In this document: positions 47,924 to 57,951 of the stretch, piece by piece | How positions within the stretch are numbered: position 1 is the first letter of the stretch | How the letters are laid out: each line of letters starts with the position of its first letter | Source: Rhodospirillales bacterium | Lineage (GTDB): Bacteria; Pseudomonadota; Alphaproteobacteria; Bin95 | Length of the DNA stretch: 64,000 nt | Direction: 5' to 3' | Assembly: GCA_038143065.1 (NCBI GenBank) | Contig: JAYQLI010000035.1 | Location: 704,001-768,000, forward strand | Program-made: the position numbers and the translations under genes | The notes under the pieces: model-generated | The model's input: the letters and a program-made list of their open reading frames with translations, nothing else | Told to the model about the DNA's origin: nothing | The model's database searches: none

Positions 47924-48639
47924 TGAAAACACTAGATGTTCAAGTATGGCGAGGTAATAAAAACGGAAGTTTTGAAAAATTCGAAGCTCCTGCTCAAGAA
48001 AATCAGACTGTCCTCGATGTAGTGACTTGGATACAGCGGAATGCTGATCCTAGCTTATCTTATAGGTTCGCGTGCAGAGTAGGCATGTGTGGATCATGTG
48101 CAATGACTGTTAACGGCCGGCCGCGCTGGACCTGCCGCACCCACGTCTCACGTGTTGCAAAAGATGGAAAATTAAAAATAGAGCCACTATTAAATCTTCC
48201 AATAATCAAAGATCTAGCTAGCGACCTTAAACCATTCTTTGATAAATGGAATGCAGCAAGAGGTACCTTTGAAGCTGCAATAAAGAGAGAAGATCCTCTT
48301 ATACCAATCTCTCCAGATCAACCGGAACGAGCAGCTGCAAACGCGGCAATTGAATGTATTAACTGTGCCGTCTGCTACTCAGCCTGTGACATGGTTAGTT
48401 GGAAGCCATCCTATTTGGGCCCTGCAGCACTAAATAGAGCATGGGCAGCATGGAACGATGTACGAAATGAAAATCGTTTGGATGTTTTAAAAGCTGTGTC
48501 AGATGATGCTGGATGCCATAACTGCCATAGTCATCAATCTTGTTCAGAACATTGCCCAGTTGGCCTGAATCCAACGATGTCTATTGCCGGTCTCAAACGG
48601 GCAACTTCAAAAGCCTTATTGAAAGGCGATCTGAAGTGA
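47920..48639 (+). CDS. Succinate dehydrogenase/fumarate reductase-like iron-sulfur subunit
   Basis: CRVGMCGSC...C (2Fe-2S), CINCAVCYSAC, CHSHQSCSEHCP. Confidence 0.9.
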   Translation: MMKTLDVQVWRGNKNGSFEKFEAPAQENQTVLDVVTWIQRNADPSLSYRFACRVGMCGSCAMTVNGRPRWTCRTHVSRVAKDGKLKIEPLLNLPIIKDLASDLKPFFDKWNAARGTFEAAIKREDPLIPISPDQPERAAANAAIECINCAVCYSACDMVSWKPSYLGPAALNRAWAAWNDVRNENRLDVLKAVSDDAGCHNCHSHQSCSEHCPVGLNPTMSIAGLKRATSKALLKGDLK

Positions 48640-48968
48640 TAACTGCGAAATTATATTTAATTCAGCGAATATCAGCTCTGTTAATGGCTCCGCTTGTAAT
48701 TGCTCATCTCATTGGAATTATCATGGCGGTGCAAGGGGGTTTAACAGCAGACGAAATCTTAGGCCGAACACAAGGTTCCCTTGGGTGGATGTTCTTTTAT
48801 GGTGCCTTTGTGATTCTAGTCGCTGTTCATGGTACTGTTGGTCTTCGTTCAATTTTAATTGAATGGACACCGATTGCTAATCGTATTGTTGACGTCTTAA
48901 CTGCGTTTTGGCTCATTTCAGCGCTAATTCTTGGGCTTCGAGCCGTAGTAGCGGTAACATGGTTGTGA
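48636..48968 (+). CDS. SdhD-like small membrane anchor
   Basis: QRISA, HGTVGLRSILIEW, three TM helices; GTG overlaps the upstream stop. Confidence 0.75.
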   Translation: MITAKLYLIQRISALLMAPLVIAHLIGIIMAVQGGLTADEILGRTQGSLGWMFFYGAFVILVAVHGTVGLRSILIEWTPIANRIVDVLTAFWLISALILGLRAVVAVTWL

Positions 48969-49306
48969 TGAAGCCCACCAGAAAACATTCAGGATATTGG
49001 GCCTTTTTAGTCCACCGCTTGTCTGGTCTCGGGCTTGCCCTCTTTCTTCCATTACATTTCCTTGCTCTCGGTACCGCCATTCAAGGCGCAGCCAAATTGG
49101 ACAGTTTTCTAGAATGGACCGAAAATCCAATAGCTAAATTTGCAGAGATAATTCTCGTGATACTTTTATCTGCTCATTTAACTGGTGGCCTGCGTCTGCT
49201 TGCTCTCGAGTTTTTACCATGGAGCGAGAGGCAAAAAACTTGGATATCCATTGGAGCTGGTATCTCCCTCGCAGCAGGCCTCGCAATGCTTTTTAATCTG
49301 ATTTGA
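48968..49306 (+). CDS. SdhC-like (cytochrome b556-type) membrane anchor
   Basis: HRLSG, HLTGGLRLL, three TM helices. Confidence 0.78.
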   Translation: MKPTRKHSGYWAFLVHRLSGLGLALFLPLHFLALGTAIQGAAKLDSFLEWTENPIAKFAEIILVILLSAHLTGGLRLLALEFLPWSERQKTWISIGAGISLAAGLAMLFNLI

Positions 49307-49314
49307 GGGTAACA

Positions 49315-51075
49315 ATGGCTCAGATAACTCGATCTCGCGTTGATATCTTAATCTTAGGTTCCGGAGGGGCAGGTTTATTTGCGGCTCTTCATGCGGCAAA
49401 GGCAAATCCGGACCTCGAGATAGCTGTTGCTGTGAAAGGGCTGATGGGTAAGAGCGGCTGCACGCGGATGGTGCAAGGCGGCTACAACGTTGCATTAGAC
49501 CCTAGAGACAGTCTCGAACGACATTTCATGGATACAATTGTTGGAGGCAAATGGCTTCCGCATCAGGACCTAGCTTGGACGCTCGTGGAACAAGCAGTCA
49601 TTCGTATCCAAGAGTTAGAAAATGAACTTGGGTGCTTCTTTGACCGAAACTCTGATGGCTCTCTTCATCAGAAAGCATTCGCCGGCCAAAGCTTTGACCG
49701 CACCGTTCATAAAGGAGACCTAACCGGTATCGAAATTGTAAATAGGCTCATGGAAAATGTGCTGGCGTTGCGTGTGCAACAACTCGAAGAGCATCGAGCA
49801 TTAGCTTTAATCAAAGCAAAAGACGGCTCAGGCATTTCGGGCGTTATGATGACGGATATGCGCACCGGCGATTTCCACTTTGTACAAGCAAAAGCGGTTC
49901 TATTAGCTACAGGTGGAGGTCCAACGATGTACCTCTACCATACTCCATCTGGAGATAAGGCAAGCGATGGATACGCCATGGCACTTCGCGCCGGCCTTAG
50001 CCTTCGGGATATGGAAATGGTCCAATTTCACCCAACCGGGCTCCTAGCCGGACCAAATACCCGCATGACCGGGACAGTTCTGGAAGAAGGCCTACGAGGA
50101 GCCGGCGGATATCTGCTCAATGGAGAAGGCAATCGCTTTATGTTTGACTACCATGACCATGGTGAAAGAGCGACGCGGGACATTGTTTCACGTGCCATAG
50201 ATTCCGAAATGCGGGCGGGTCGCACAACACCGATGGGGGGTGTTTACATTGAAATGAAACACCTAGGTCCAGAAGCAGTTCGAACACAATTTAAAGGTAT
50301 GGTTGATCGCTGTAATGATTGTGGCTTTGATCTTGCATCTGGTCGTGTTGAGGTTGTTCCAACCGCTCATTACATGATGGGTGGAGTAGAATTTGAACCC
50401 GGGTGCACCACGGAAATTCCTGGACTTTATGTGGCTGGTGAAGACGCTGGAGGAGTTCACGGCGCAAACCGTTTAGGGGGAAATGGTGTTGCAAACTCCA
50501 CCGTTTTTGGTGGCTTGGCGGGGGATGAAATGTCAAAGGCTCTCGCGGCAAGACAGCACGACTGGTCGGATCCTGATGAGGCCGAGATTGATAATTGTGT
50601 TGCGACCGTCCTAGCTCCCTTTGGTAAACCAACTGGCGACGTCAACAGCATCAGAGAACGGTTATATACCTTGATGTGGGATGATGTCGGGATAATTCGG
50701 GATGCAAATAGCCTGGCAAGAGGAGCATCCAGCCTCTCAAGCCTTAAAGAAGAGTTAAAAAATACAGGCATTGCTGACACAGGTCGCGCTTTTAATCTTT
50801 CATGGCATGACTGGCTAAATCTAGAAAGTCAGATCCTCGCTTCAGAAGCTATTTGCGAGGCTGCGAGAGGGCGAGAGGACTCACGTGGCGCTCATTTTCG
50901 AAGTGATTTTCCAGAGACAGGTAACCTAATGAGCACTCATTTTACGAGTGTAAAAATGACATCCAATGGAGAACTCTCCGTTACCAGCAAGCCTGTTGAT
51001 TTTAATATAGTTAAGCCAGGAGATAGCTTGATTGATGACGATGCCGGCGCCCCACCGATACTCGCAGCTGTCTGA
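49315..51075 (+). CDS. SdhA/FrdA/NadB-family flavoprotein (TfrA-like)
   Basis: GSGGAG, KSGCTRMVQGG, QFHPTG, ATRDIVSR, AHYMMGG, HGANRLGGN, EDSRGAHFR.DFP. Confidence 0.9.
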   Translation: MAQITRSRVDILILGSGGAGLFAALHAAKANPDLEIAVAVKGLMGKSGCTRMVQGGYNVALDPRDSLERHFMDTIVGGKWLPHQDLAWTLVEQAVIRIQELENELGCFFDRNSDGSLHQKAFAGQSFDRTVHKGDLTGIEIVNRLMENVLALRVQQLEEHRALALIKAKDGSGISGVMMTDMRTGDFHFVQAKAVLLATGGGPTMYLYHTPSGDKASDGYAMALRAGLSLRDMEMVQFHPTGLLAGPNTRMTGTVLEEGLRGAGGYLLNGEGNRFMFDYHDHGERATRDIVSRAIDSEMRAGRTTPMGGVYIEMKHLGPEAVRTQFKGMVDRCNDCGFDLASGRVEVVPTAHYMMGGVEFEPGCTTEIPGLYVAGEDAGGVHGANRLGGNGVANSTVFGGLAGDEMSKALAARQHDWSDPDEAEIDNCVATVLAPFGKPTGDVNSIRERLYTLMWDDVGIIRDANSLARGASSLSSLKEELKNTGIADTGRAFNLSWHDWLNLESQILASEAICEAARGREDSRGAHFRSDFPETGNLMSTHFTSVKMTSNGELSVTSKPVDFNIVKPGDSLIDDDAGAPPILAAV

Positions 51076-51120
51076 AAAACCTGATACGTTCATCCTGACG
51101 CATTAGGCTGGAAGATAATT

Positions 51121-52083
51121 ATGATCTCAATATCTACTGTCGAGGCGGCGGCATATGATGCGATGTGTAAAGCTGCCATTGAAATTCCCGACGATTACCT
51201 AACTGGTCTCAAAGCGCTTGTCGCAACAGAACAAGGTGACCTATCCCACTTTGTTCTAGAGGCGATGCTAGAAAATTATGAGGCAGCGAAGGCCGACCGC
51301 CGCGCAATGTGTGCGGATACTGGGGTTCCAAGGTACTACGTAAAAACAGGCAATGAGGCTGTTATCGAAGGTGGGTTTGTTGCTATTGAAGCGGCACTTC
51401 GGGGGGCTTGTGCTCGGGCAACTCATGACGTGCCGCTTCGGCCAAATCGCGTCCACCCTCTTTCCCGACACGACAACAATAATAATGTTGGCCTGAACGC
51501 ACCAGAAATCGAATACTCCTTTGAACCCGATGCCGACTGGATTGAAATAACAACAGTCCATAAAGGAGGTCTCTTCGGTACCGATTACCGGATGCTTTTT
51601 CCTGCAGATGGCACTGATGGGATAAAACGCTTCTTTCTAGATGCAATCATCGCATTCGGAAAACGAGGTTTAGCCTGCCAACCCGCAATAATCGGCATTG
51701 GTATCGGTGGATCTAAAGACACGTGCATGGTGCTAGGTAAACAGGCTGCCTGCTTACGTGCTGTTGGAGAGGCAAATCCTGATCCTGAAGTTGCTGCATT
51801 AGAAGCAGAGTTGAAAGAACTTGGTAATTCGGTAGGAATGGGTGCAATGGGCTTTGTTGGCTCCTCCATGGTCGTCGATTGTCATATAGAATGTGGTTTC
51901 ACCCATACGGGTGGTATGCCCATTTCAATTCATGCTTTTTGTCTTTCTTCGAGACGAGCAACAGCTCGAATTTACGCCGATGGAAGCGTTCAACTTCGCT
52001 CCGAGCCAAATTGGTTCACCCCGTATATGCGCAGGAATGAAATATCATGGCAGCAAGTGGAAAAATCCAAAAAGTCCGCCTGA
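51121..52083 (+). CDS. Class I Fe-S hydro-lyase (fumarate hydratase/tartrate dehydratase) alpha subunit
   Basis: MCADTG, LRPN.V.P, ACQP.IIGIGIGG, GMGAMGFVG, HAFC.SSR. Confidence 0.85.
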   Translation: MISISTVEAAAYDAMCKAAIEIPDDYLTGLKALVATEQGDLSHFVLEAMLENYEAAKADRRAMCADTGVPRYYVKTGNEAVIEGGFVAIEAALRGACARATHDVPLRPNRVHPLSRHDNNNNVGLNAPEIEYSFEPDADWIEITTVHKGGLFGTDYRMLFPADGTDGIKRFFLDAIIAFGKRGLACQPAIIGIGIGGSKDTCMVLGKQAACLRAVGEANPDPEVAALEAELKELGNSVGMGAMGFVGSSMVVDCHIECGFTHTGGMPISIHAFCLSSRRATARIYADGSVQLRSEPNWFTPYMRRNEISWQQVEKSKKSA

Positions 52084-52724
52084 ATGCTCCCATTGCAGAC
52101 TCAGACATAGCTGCGTTGGAAATTGGGCAAGTCGTTTATCTCGATGGCTTGATTTATACAGGGCGAGAGGGTGTTTACAATCGTGTTCTAGCGGAAGGCA
52201 AAGCACCGCCAGTTGATCTAAAAACACTTACAAACGTAAATTTTCATTGTTCTCCTGCAGCGGCTAAGGATACTGACGGAACGTTTCGCGTGGGCGCCGT
52301 GACAGCTACAGCTAGCTTTCGCTTCTCTAAATGGCTCCCTCGCTGGTTTGCTGAAACAGGCTGCAAAGTCATAATTGGCAAGGGCGGAATGAGCTCATCA
52401 GATTATCAATCAGCTTTCGTACCAGCAGGGGCTGTTTATTTGACTACAGTTGGATATGGCACCGGTGCTTTACTCGGCAGAGGGATAAAAAAAGTTGAAG
52501 CTGCACATTGGTTAGATGAACTGGGAGTTGCGCAAGCAATGTGGGTCCTCCGGGTGGAGAATTTTGGGCCCCTGCTCGTCGAAAGTGATCTGCAAGGCCG
52601 CAGCCTTTTTGAAGAAAATAACGCCGAGGTTAATGGAAAAATAGCCAAGCTCTATGATGGGCTAAAGGCACCTAGCCTTTCACGTTACGGCGAAACCGAC
52701 GATAAAACGAAGGAATTAATCTAG
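52047..52724 (+). CDS. Class I Fe-S hydro-lyase beta subunit
   Basis: G.VVYL.G.IYTGR, FHCSP, IIGKGGM, LG..QAMW.L.VENFGPL.V..D..G.SLF. Confidence 0.85.
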   Translation: MAASGKIQKVRLNAPIADSDIAALEIGQVVYLDGLIYTGREGVYNRVLAEGKAPPVDLKTLTNVNFHCSPAAAKDTDGTFRVGAVTATASFRFSKWLPRWFAETGCKVIIGKGGMSSSDYQSAFVPAGAVYLTTVGYGTGALLGRGIKKVEAAHWLDELGVAQAMWVLRVENFGPLLVESDLQGRSLFEENNAEVNGKIAKLYDGLKAPSLSRYGETDDKTKELI

Positions 52725-53566
52725 GCAAACTCCTGAGAATGCCGGCTTTCTTCCTCCCTATAATTTCTAGCATATCTCTCAATCGCACGCTTGTGCACTG
52801 TTAGAGAGTCAGGATCGAGTTCTACTTTAGGACGCGGCAGATGTTCAAAGTTGCCAAATCGATCTTCACCTCGTACGAGCATTGCACATGGCTTCTCTGG
52901 TAATTTTCCTCTCAGGCTTGGAGAAACAAAATTCATACCAAGTCCAACCCTTCTCTCGGTTGATCGATTGGGCGCCGATCGATGTAAACAAAGACCGTGG
53001 TGCATGGAAAATTGACCTGCTTGCAAGGGCATGAGTGTGCCATCAACTTTTAGATCATCTGTTATTGATTGAGCAGCGCGATTAACACTGTGTTCTACGA
53101 CATGCACAGCATGACGCATTTGTGAAGGCCGACCGTTAAATGTTAAAGCTTCAAGACACCCTGCCTCCTCACTTGCATTTGTGAGCGCTATCCAAACAGT
53201 AACTTCTTCTGGAGGTGTCAATCCGTAATAAGTCGAGTCTTGATGCCAAGCTGTTATTGCCGGGTACACAGGATCTTTAATAAAAAAAGTACTGGTATAA
53301 ATCATTATATCTGGCCCGATTAAAGCCTCAATCGGATCTAAGATACGAGGATCATGAGCTAGGTCGGCTACCCACGGAAGGCAGCAATGGTTCATAGACC
53401 TGAAGTTGAAATCTTTAGCATGATTGACTGGTGCGCCAAGCCAATCCTCAAACCGCATCAACCCTTCCTGACACCGCTTTAACTCCTCAGTAAGCAAAAG
53501 GTTGATAGGTGATAAGAAGCCATTATGATTGAAAAAATTTATTTGTTCATTTGTTAAACTAGTCAT
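52721..53566 (-). CDS. Phytanoyl-CoA dioxygenase (PhyH) family oxygenase
   Basis: FFIK, AWHQDSTYYGL, HRSAPNRS..RRVG, AMLVRGED. Confidence 0.88.
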   Translation of the reverse strand: MTSLTNEQINFFNHNGFLSPINLLLTEELKRCQEGLMRFEDWLGAPVNHAKDFNFRSMNHCCLPWVADLAHDPRILDPIEALIGPDIMIYTSTFFIKDPVYPAITAWHQDSTYYGLTPPEEVTVWIALTNASEEAGCLEALTFNGRPSQMRHAVHVVEHSVNRAAQSITDDLKVDGTLMPLQAGQFSMHHGLCLHRSAPNRSTERRVGLGMNFVSPSLRGKLPEKPCAMLVRGEDRFGNFEHLPRPKVELDPDSLTVHKRAIERYARNYREEESRHSQEFA

Positions 53567-53784
53567 GACACCATCAATCCCACGGCTCACCAGACGAAAA
53601 TAGAGCACTTAAATCAAGCGGATTTTTATCCTTCGAAGAGGAATAGATATTACTTGCTGGATATGACATCGGCAGCAAAGAATTACATAAATTAGAACTC
53701 CCAAAAGATCATTGTGACCGATGCTTGCACGACGGCGCCGGTCCGTCCATCCTTACTTGATATTCCTTTAAATATTTGGTGCAC

Positions 53785-54984
53785 ATGTCCCTCACCCACA
53801 TCTTGGTTCCTGTTTTTGCGGCTGTTGCAATGCAGGCGCTTCCAACTTTTGCTAATCTGGGCCCAACCACCCTGGCATCTGAAATTATCCCTGCTCTGAA
53901 TTTACCTGGGATTGCAACGAATGCTTATGTGACAGGGCTCTATTCTATTGCAACATTGACTTCTTTCGTTGCGGCCGCGTTTGTTTTAAAGCACGGACCA
54001 ATCCGAGCAGGTCAATGGGCACTAAGTTGTTACTTCTTAGGTGGACTTATTATTTTCGCTTTTCCCCATCCCATCAGCTTCTGCTTCGCGGCCTGTTTAT
54101 ATGGCGCTGCATATACTATGCCGATCCCTCTGGGGGCTCACATTCTTATAAATCACACACCACCTCACATGAGAAATACTCTATTTGGCATTAGACAAAT
54201 GGGAGTTCCGATAGGGGGACTTGCTGCAGGTATGTGTTTCCCATTAATGGCGGAAGCATATGGCTGGCAATTAGCAATACTTTTCGCCGCATTGGCTTGT
54301 CTTAGCCTTGCATTGGTTATTCAATTAATTCGGTCTCAGTACGACACCGAACGACAGCCAAAAAGGCAGCTTTTTATATCTAATGGCCAAGGCCCAATTT
54401 CAGTAATGCAACATGCCCCAAGAATGCGGCGACTGTGTTTTGCAGGAATGTTATTTGCTGGGGCAGAGGTCACCGCTGTCGCTAATATTGTTTTCTTCCT
54501 ATCGCATGACGTCGGGTGGTCATTAACTTCAGCAGGCCTAGCATTGAGTATCCTTAGTTTAGGTGGAGCTATTGGCCGTCTTTTTTGGGGACTTGTAGCC
54601 GATCGTCTCAGAAATAACACCAATATGCTGGGGTATCTCGGGATAGCAATATTTGGGTCAATGATCGCTCTTGCGGTTTGGAGCGACGATGCCCCTTCGT
54701 TGGTTTATGTAGCCGCATTCTGTGTTGGAGTAACAGCAGGAGGATGGACAGGAGTTGGCATTGCCGAAGGTGCACGTTTGGCAGGAAAATCTGGTGCAGT
54801 GGCAGGAACGGCAGCATTAACTCAATTCATGTTTTTAGGTGTTGTTCTTCTTCCAATGATGGCTGGAATAGCGCTAGCCTTAGGAACAACTTATCCTTAT
54901 GTTTTTGCTATGGTCGGGGCACTCAGTGGGCTTGGCGGCCTATCCTTACTTACGATGCCGCCTGAACATACTAGATCCACTCCA
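53785..54984 (+). CDS. MFS transporter domain 1; in frame with domain 2 in this assembly
   Basis: About 12 TM segments, FGIRQMGVPIGG, GRLFWGLVADR; no stop before the ATG at 54985. Confidence 0.75.
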
Positions 54985-56177
54985 ATGCAGAAAATTCCTT
55001 GGACCCCGCTTTTACTCACAATGCTCACCCAAGCTGCGGCTACAATGGCGGCATATACCTTATCCACTGCCTCTCCTTATATTGCTCCCGACTTAGGCGT
55101 TGAAAATGAGGATGTCGCACAACTAGTAGCTGTCGTCTATTTATTGGGGGCTATGTCAGCGATGACAGTGCCCCCTTTATTCATCGCTTTGGGGGCATGA
55201 CAATTTCCATAGCCATCTGTGTTGCAACCGCCGCAATGCTATCTATTGCATCGTTTGCCTCTTCCATTGGCATACTGACGTTAGGCGCCCTCAGCTTGGG
55301 CGTTTTATACGGGTCTACTGCTCCATCAAGCAGCCATGTGCTAGCACCTCTTACATCTGAAAAAAGAAGGAATTTTGTATTTTCGGTTCGACAAATTGGC
55401 GTACCTCTGGGAGGAATTCTTGGAGGATTATTAGTACCACCATTGATCTTGATTGGCGGTTGGCGGATTGCATTTCAGGCCCAACTCATATTTGCACTGG
55501 TGATGATATTTGCAATTTTTCTTGTCCGTTCTCGATATGACCACGGACGCGACCGTAACCGAAATGTTTGGAGCTTAAGTGGACCTATTCGGCTTGTGGG
55601 ACTTCTGCGCGAACTACCCGAGATAAGACCTCTCGCAATTGCCGCTTTTGTGTATTCGGGTGCTCAACTGTGTTTTGGAGCATTCATTGTTACACAACTT
55701 GTCCGGGTCTATGGTCAGGACGGATATCACTTTGCCAGTGCCGTCGCACTGGTGGCATTTCAATTATCTGGGATAACTACGCGAATAGTGCTTGGTGTAA
55801 TTGCTGACTCATGGATATCGGCTCGCTGGCTTCTTGTGGCCCAAGGTTTTTTAATGACACTCTCCGCTATAGTTGCTGCAGGTTATGATTCAAGCTGGCC
55901 CTATTGGCTAATAGTAATTAATTGTGCTCTCGCTGGAGCAACAGCAAGCGGTTATACAGGACTTGCTTTTGCAGAATTTGTGCGTATGGGAGGCCCCAAG
56001 CGGACCGCTGAAGCAACTGGCTTAGGAACAGCCCTAATGTTCTTTGGTGTAGCTGCAATGGCCCCTCTTTTTCGTCTTGGGATTGATATCTTTAACGGTT
56101 ACGCCATCCCATATTTTTTGGTCGCTGCGCTAACAGCAGCCAGTGCATTACTTCTAGCAATCGGAACACGCCGATGA
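54985..56177 (+). CDS. MFS transporter domain 2; frameshift in the C-run near 55172
   Basis: MQKIPW...; adding one C gives FIHRFGG joined to 55197..56177 (FSVRQIGVPLGG, RIVLGVIADS). Confidence 0.75.
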
Positions 56178-57021
56178 CTTTTGCTAAACTCACCCCTCAA
56201 TTGTTAATAGATAATGATCACATGGTTGGCTCTTTGTTTGTTAAAGAGTGTCGACCACTGAACCCAACCCAATTGACCACTCCAATTCTTATGGTGCATG
56301 GATCAAATCATGGATGGTGGGCTTGGCGGGTTTGGCAGCCTTTCTTTGCTGCTGCCGGATGGCCAACATACGCATTATCTCTTAGAGGTCATTATGGCTC
56401 TGCCCCGGTCAACGAAAATGATTTCTTAAACCTTAGCATGTCTGACTATGTCGAAGACGTTGCTTCAGTGGCGCGCTGGCTTGGCAAGCCTCCAGTTCTT
56501 ATAGGCCACAGTCTGGGTGGTATAGTAGTTCAAAAGGCGGCAGAGACGATATCTTCAGCAGCTATCGCTCTTATTGCTTCTATTGGTCCGTCAGCCATTG
56601 GTCGCCAAAGACCTGGACCGCCTCCCCCATGGACAAGCCTGTTTTTCCTAGCAAGGCAGAAGCACTCGAACGTTGGATGTACGACCCATGGCCTGAAGAA
56701 CGCTTTGATCAATTTTACGAATGTCTAACCCCTGAATCTCCAGGGGTATTGGCCACATCTGGGACAGGATTAACCGACGTCAATGCAGAATTAATAAAAT
56801 GTCCTGTCCTTTGTGTAGGAGGCTCAGAAGACAAAAGCTATGTCCCAAAAGCGGAAAAACTTGCAAAAATCTACAAAGCTGATTGGTTTGAGCAACCCGA
56901 CGCAGGACATGACATGATGTTAGAGTCTGCATCTTTGGATGTCGCACAGCAAATTAATCAATGGCTGATTGGAAAATTAGGCTTAGAACGGTCATCAAAA
57001 ATCCAAGCGATTAAGCCATAA
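56174..57021 (+). CDS. Alpha/beta hydrolase; frameshift near 56625
   Basis: MVHG, SLRGH, GHSLGG nucleophile, GGSED, AGHDMMLE. Confidence 0.85.
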
Positions 57022-57098
57022 TATTTCATATGTCATTGGCTGCAGCTAAAACTGGATAGATTGAAACCTCATTACCTCAAAAAGAAGGTCACCCTTAC

Positions 57099-57890
57099 TT
57101 GAATATATCAAACCCAAACTGGAGATATGTTCGTCTCAGACAGTCTGATGATATTGCCGTTGTTACGTTCGATCGAGGCGACGACATCAACGCACTGTCC
57201 CTTCAAGCAATGACCGAGCTAACTGAAGCTGCCAACCAGATACAATCCGATCTCAACATATCGGCAGTTGCTTTAGTTGGAAGCCCAAAAGCCTTCTCAG
57301 CAGGACGCGATCTAAAAGATCCTGCTCTCGATCCACGCCAAAAATCAACCTTGTTGGAAAAACGACATATAGCGGGAGCTGGTTCTCGGCTTTGTAAAGC
57401 CTGGAACGAAATTGAACAATTCACCGCTTGCGGCATCGAAGGTTTTGCAATTGGTGGCGGGGTGGCTTTAGCTGTATCTTTGGATTATCGGGCAGTTGGA
57501 AGATCTAGCCATTTCAGAGCACCCGAAACCGCTTTAGGACTCTCTATGAGTTGGGGGTCAATACCAAGGCTAGTAAATCTCATTGGGCCAGCGCGCACTA
57601 AGCAATTTCTAATTCATGCAAATCAGCGATTTTCAGCTGAAGAAGTTTATAAATGGGGACTAGTCCAAGAAGTTGTTGATGATGGGGACGCTGCCAAAGC
57701 TGCTATATCAGCCGCTAAAAAGGCTGCTAAAATCCCTCCAGTAGCAGCTCGGATGGTCAAGCGGGCTATCGATTCATATGCAAACGCCTTGTCGGATGCC
57801 ATCATTCATATGGACACCGATCAAGTGCTTTTAACAGAAAATGACCTAGAACACCTAGAAGCGGTGCATACTTTTCTGGCAAAAGACTAG
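57099..57890 (+). CDS. Enoyl-CoA hydratase/isomerase family protein
   Basis: FSAGRDL, IEGFAIGGG, APETALG, PRLVNLIGPARTK. Confidence 0.88.
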   Translation: MNISNPNWRYVRLRQSDDIAVVTFDRGDDINALSLQAMTELTEAANQIQSDLNISAVALVGSPKAFSAGRDLKDPALDPRQKSTLLEKRHIAGAGSRLCKAWNEIEQFTACGIEGFAIGGGVALAVSLDYRAVGRSSHFRAPETALGLSMSWGSIPRLVNLIGPARTKQFLIHANQRFSAEEVYKWGLVQEVVDDGDAAKAAISAAKKAAKIPPVAARMVKRAIDSYANALSDAIIHMDTDQVLLTENDLEHLEAVHTFLAKD

Positions 57891-57951
57891 CCGAATAACA
57901 AAGGTTCCTGATTCTAGGGGCTAATAAACACAAACTTGGAGTAATTCTTAT

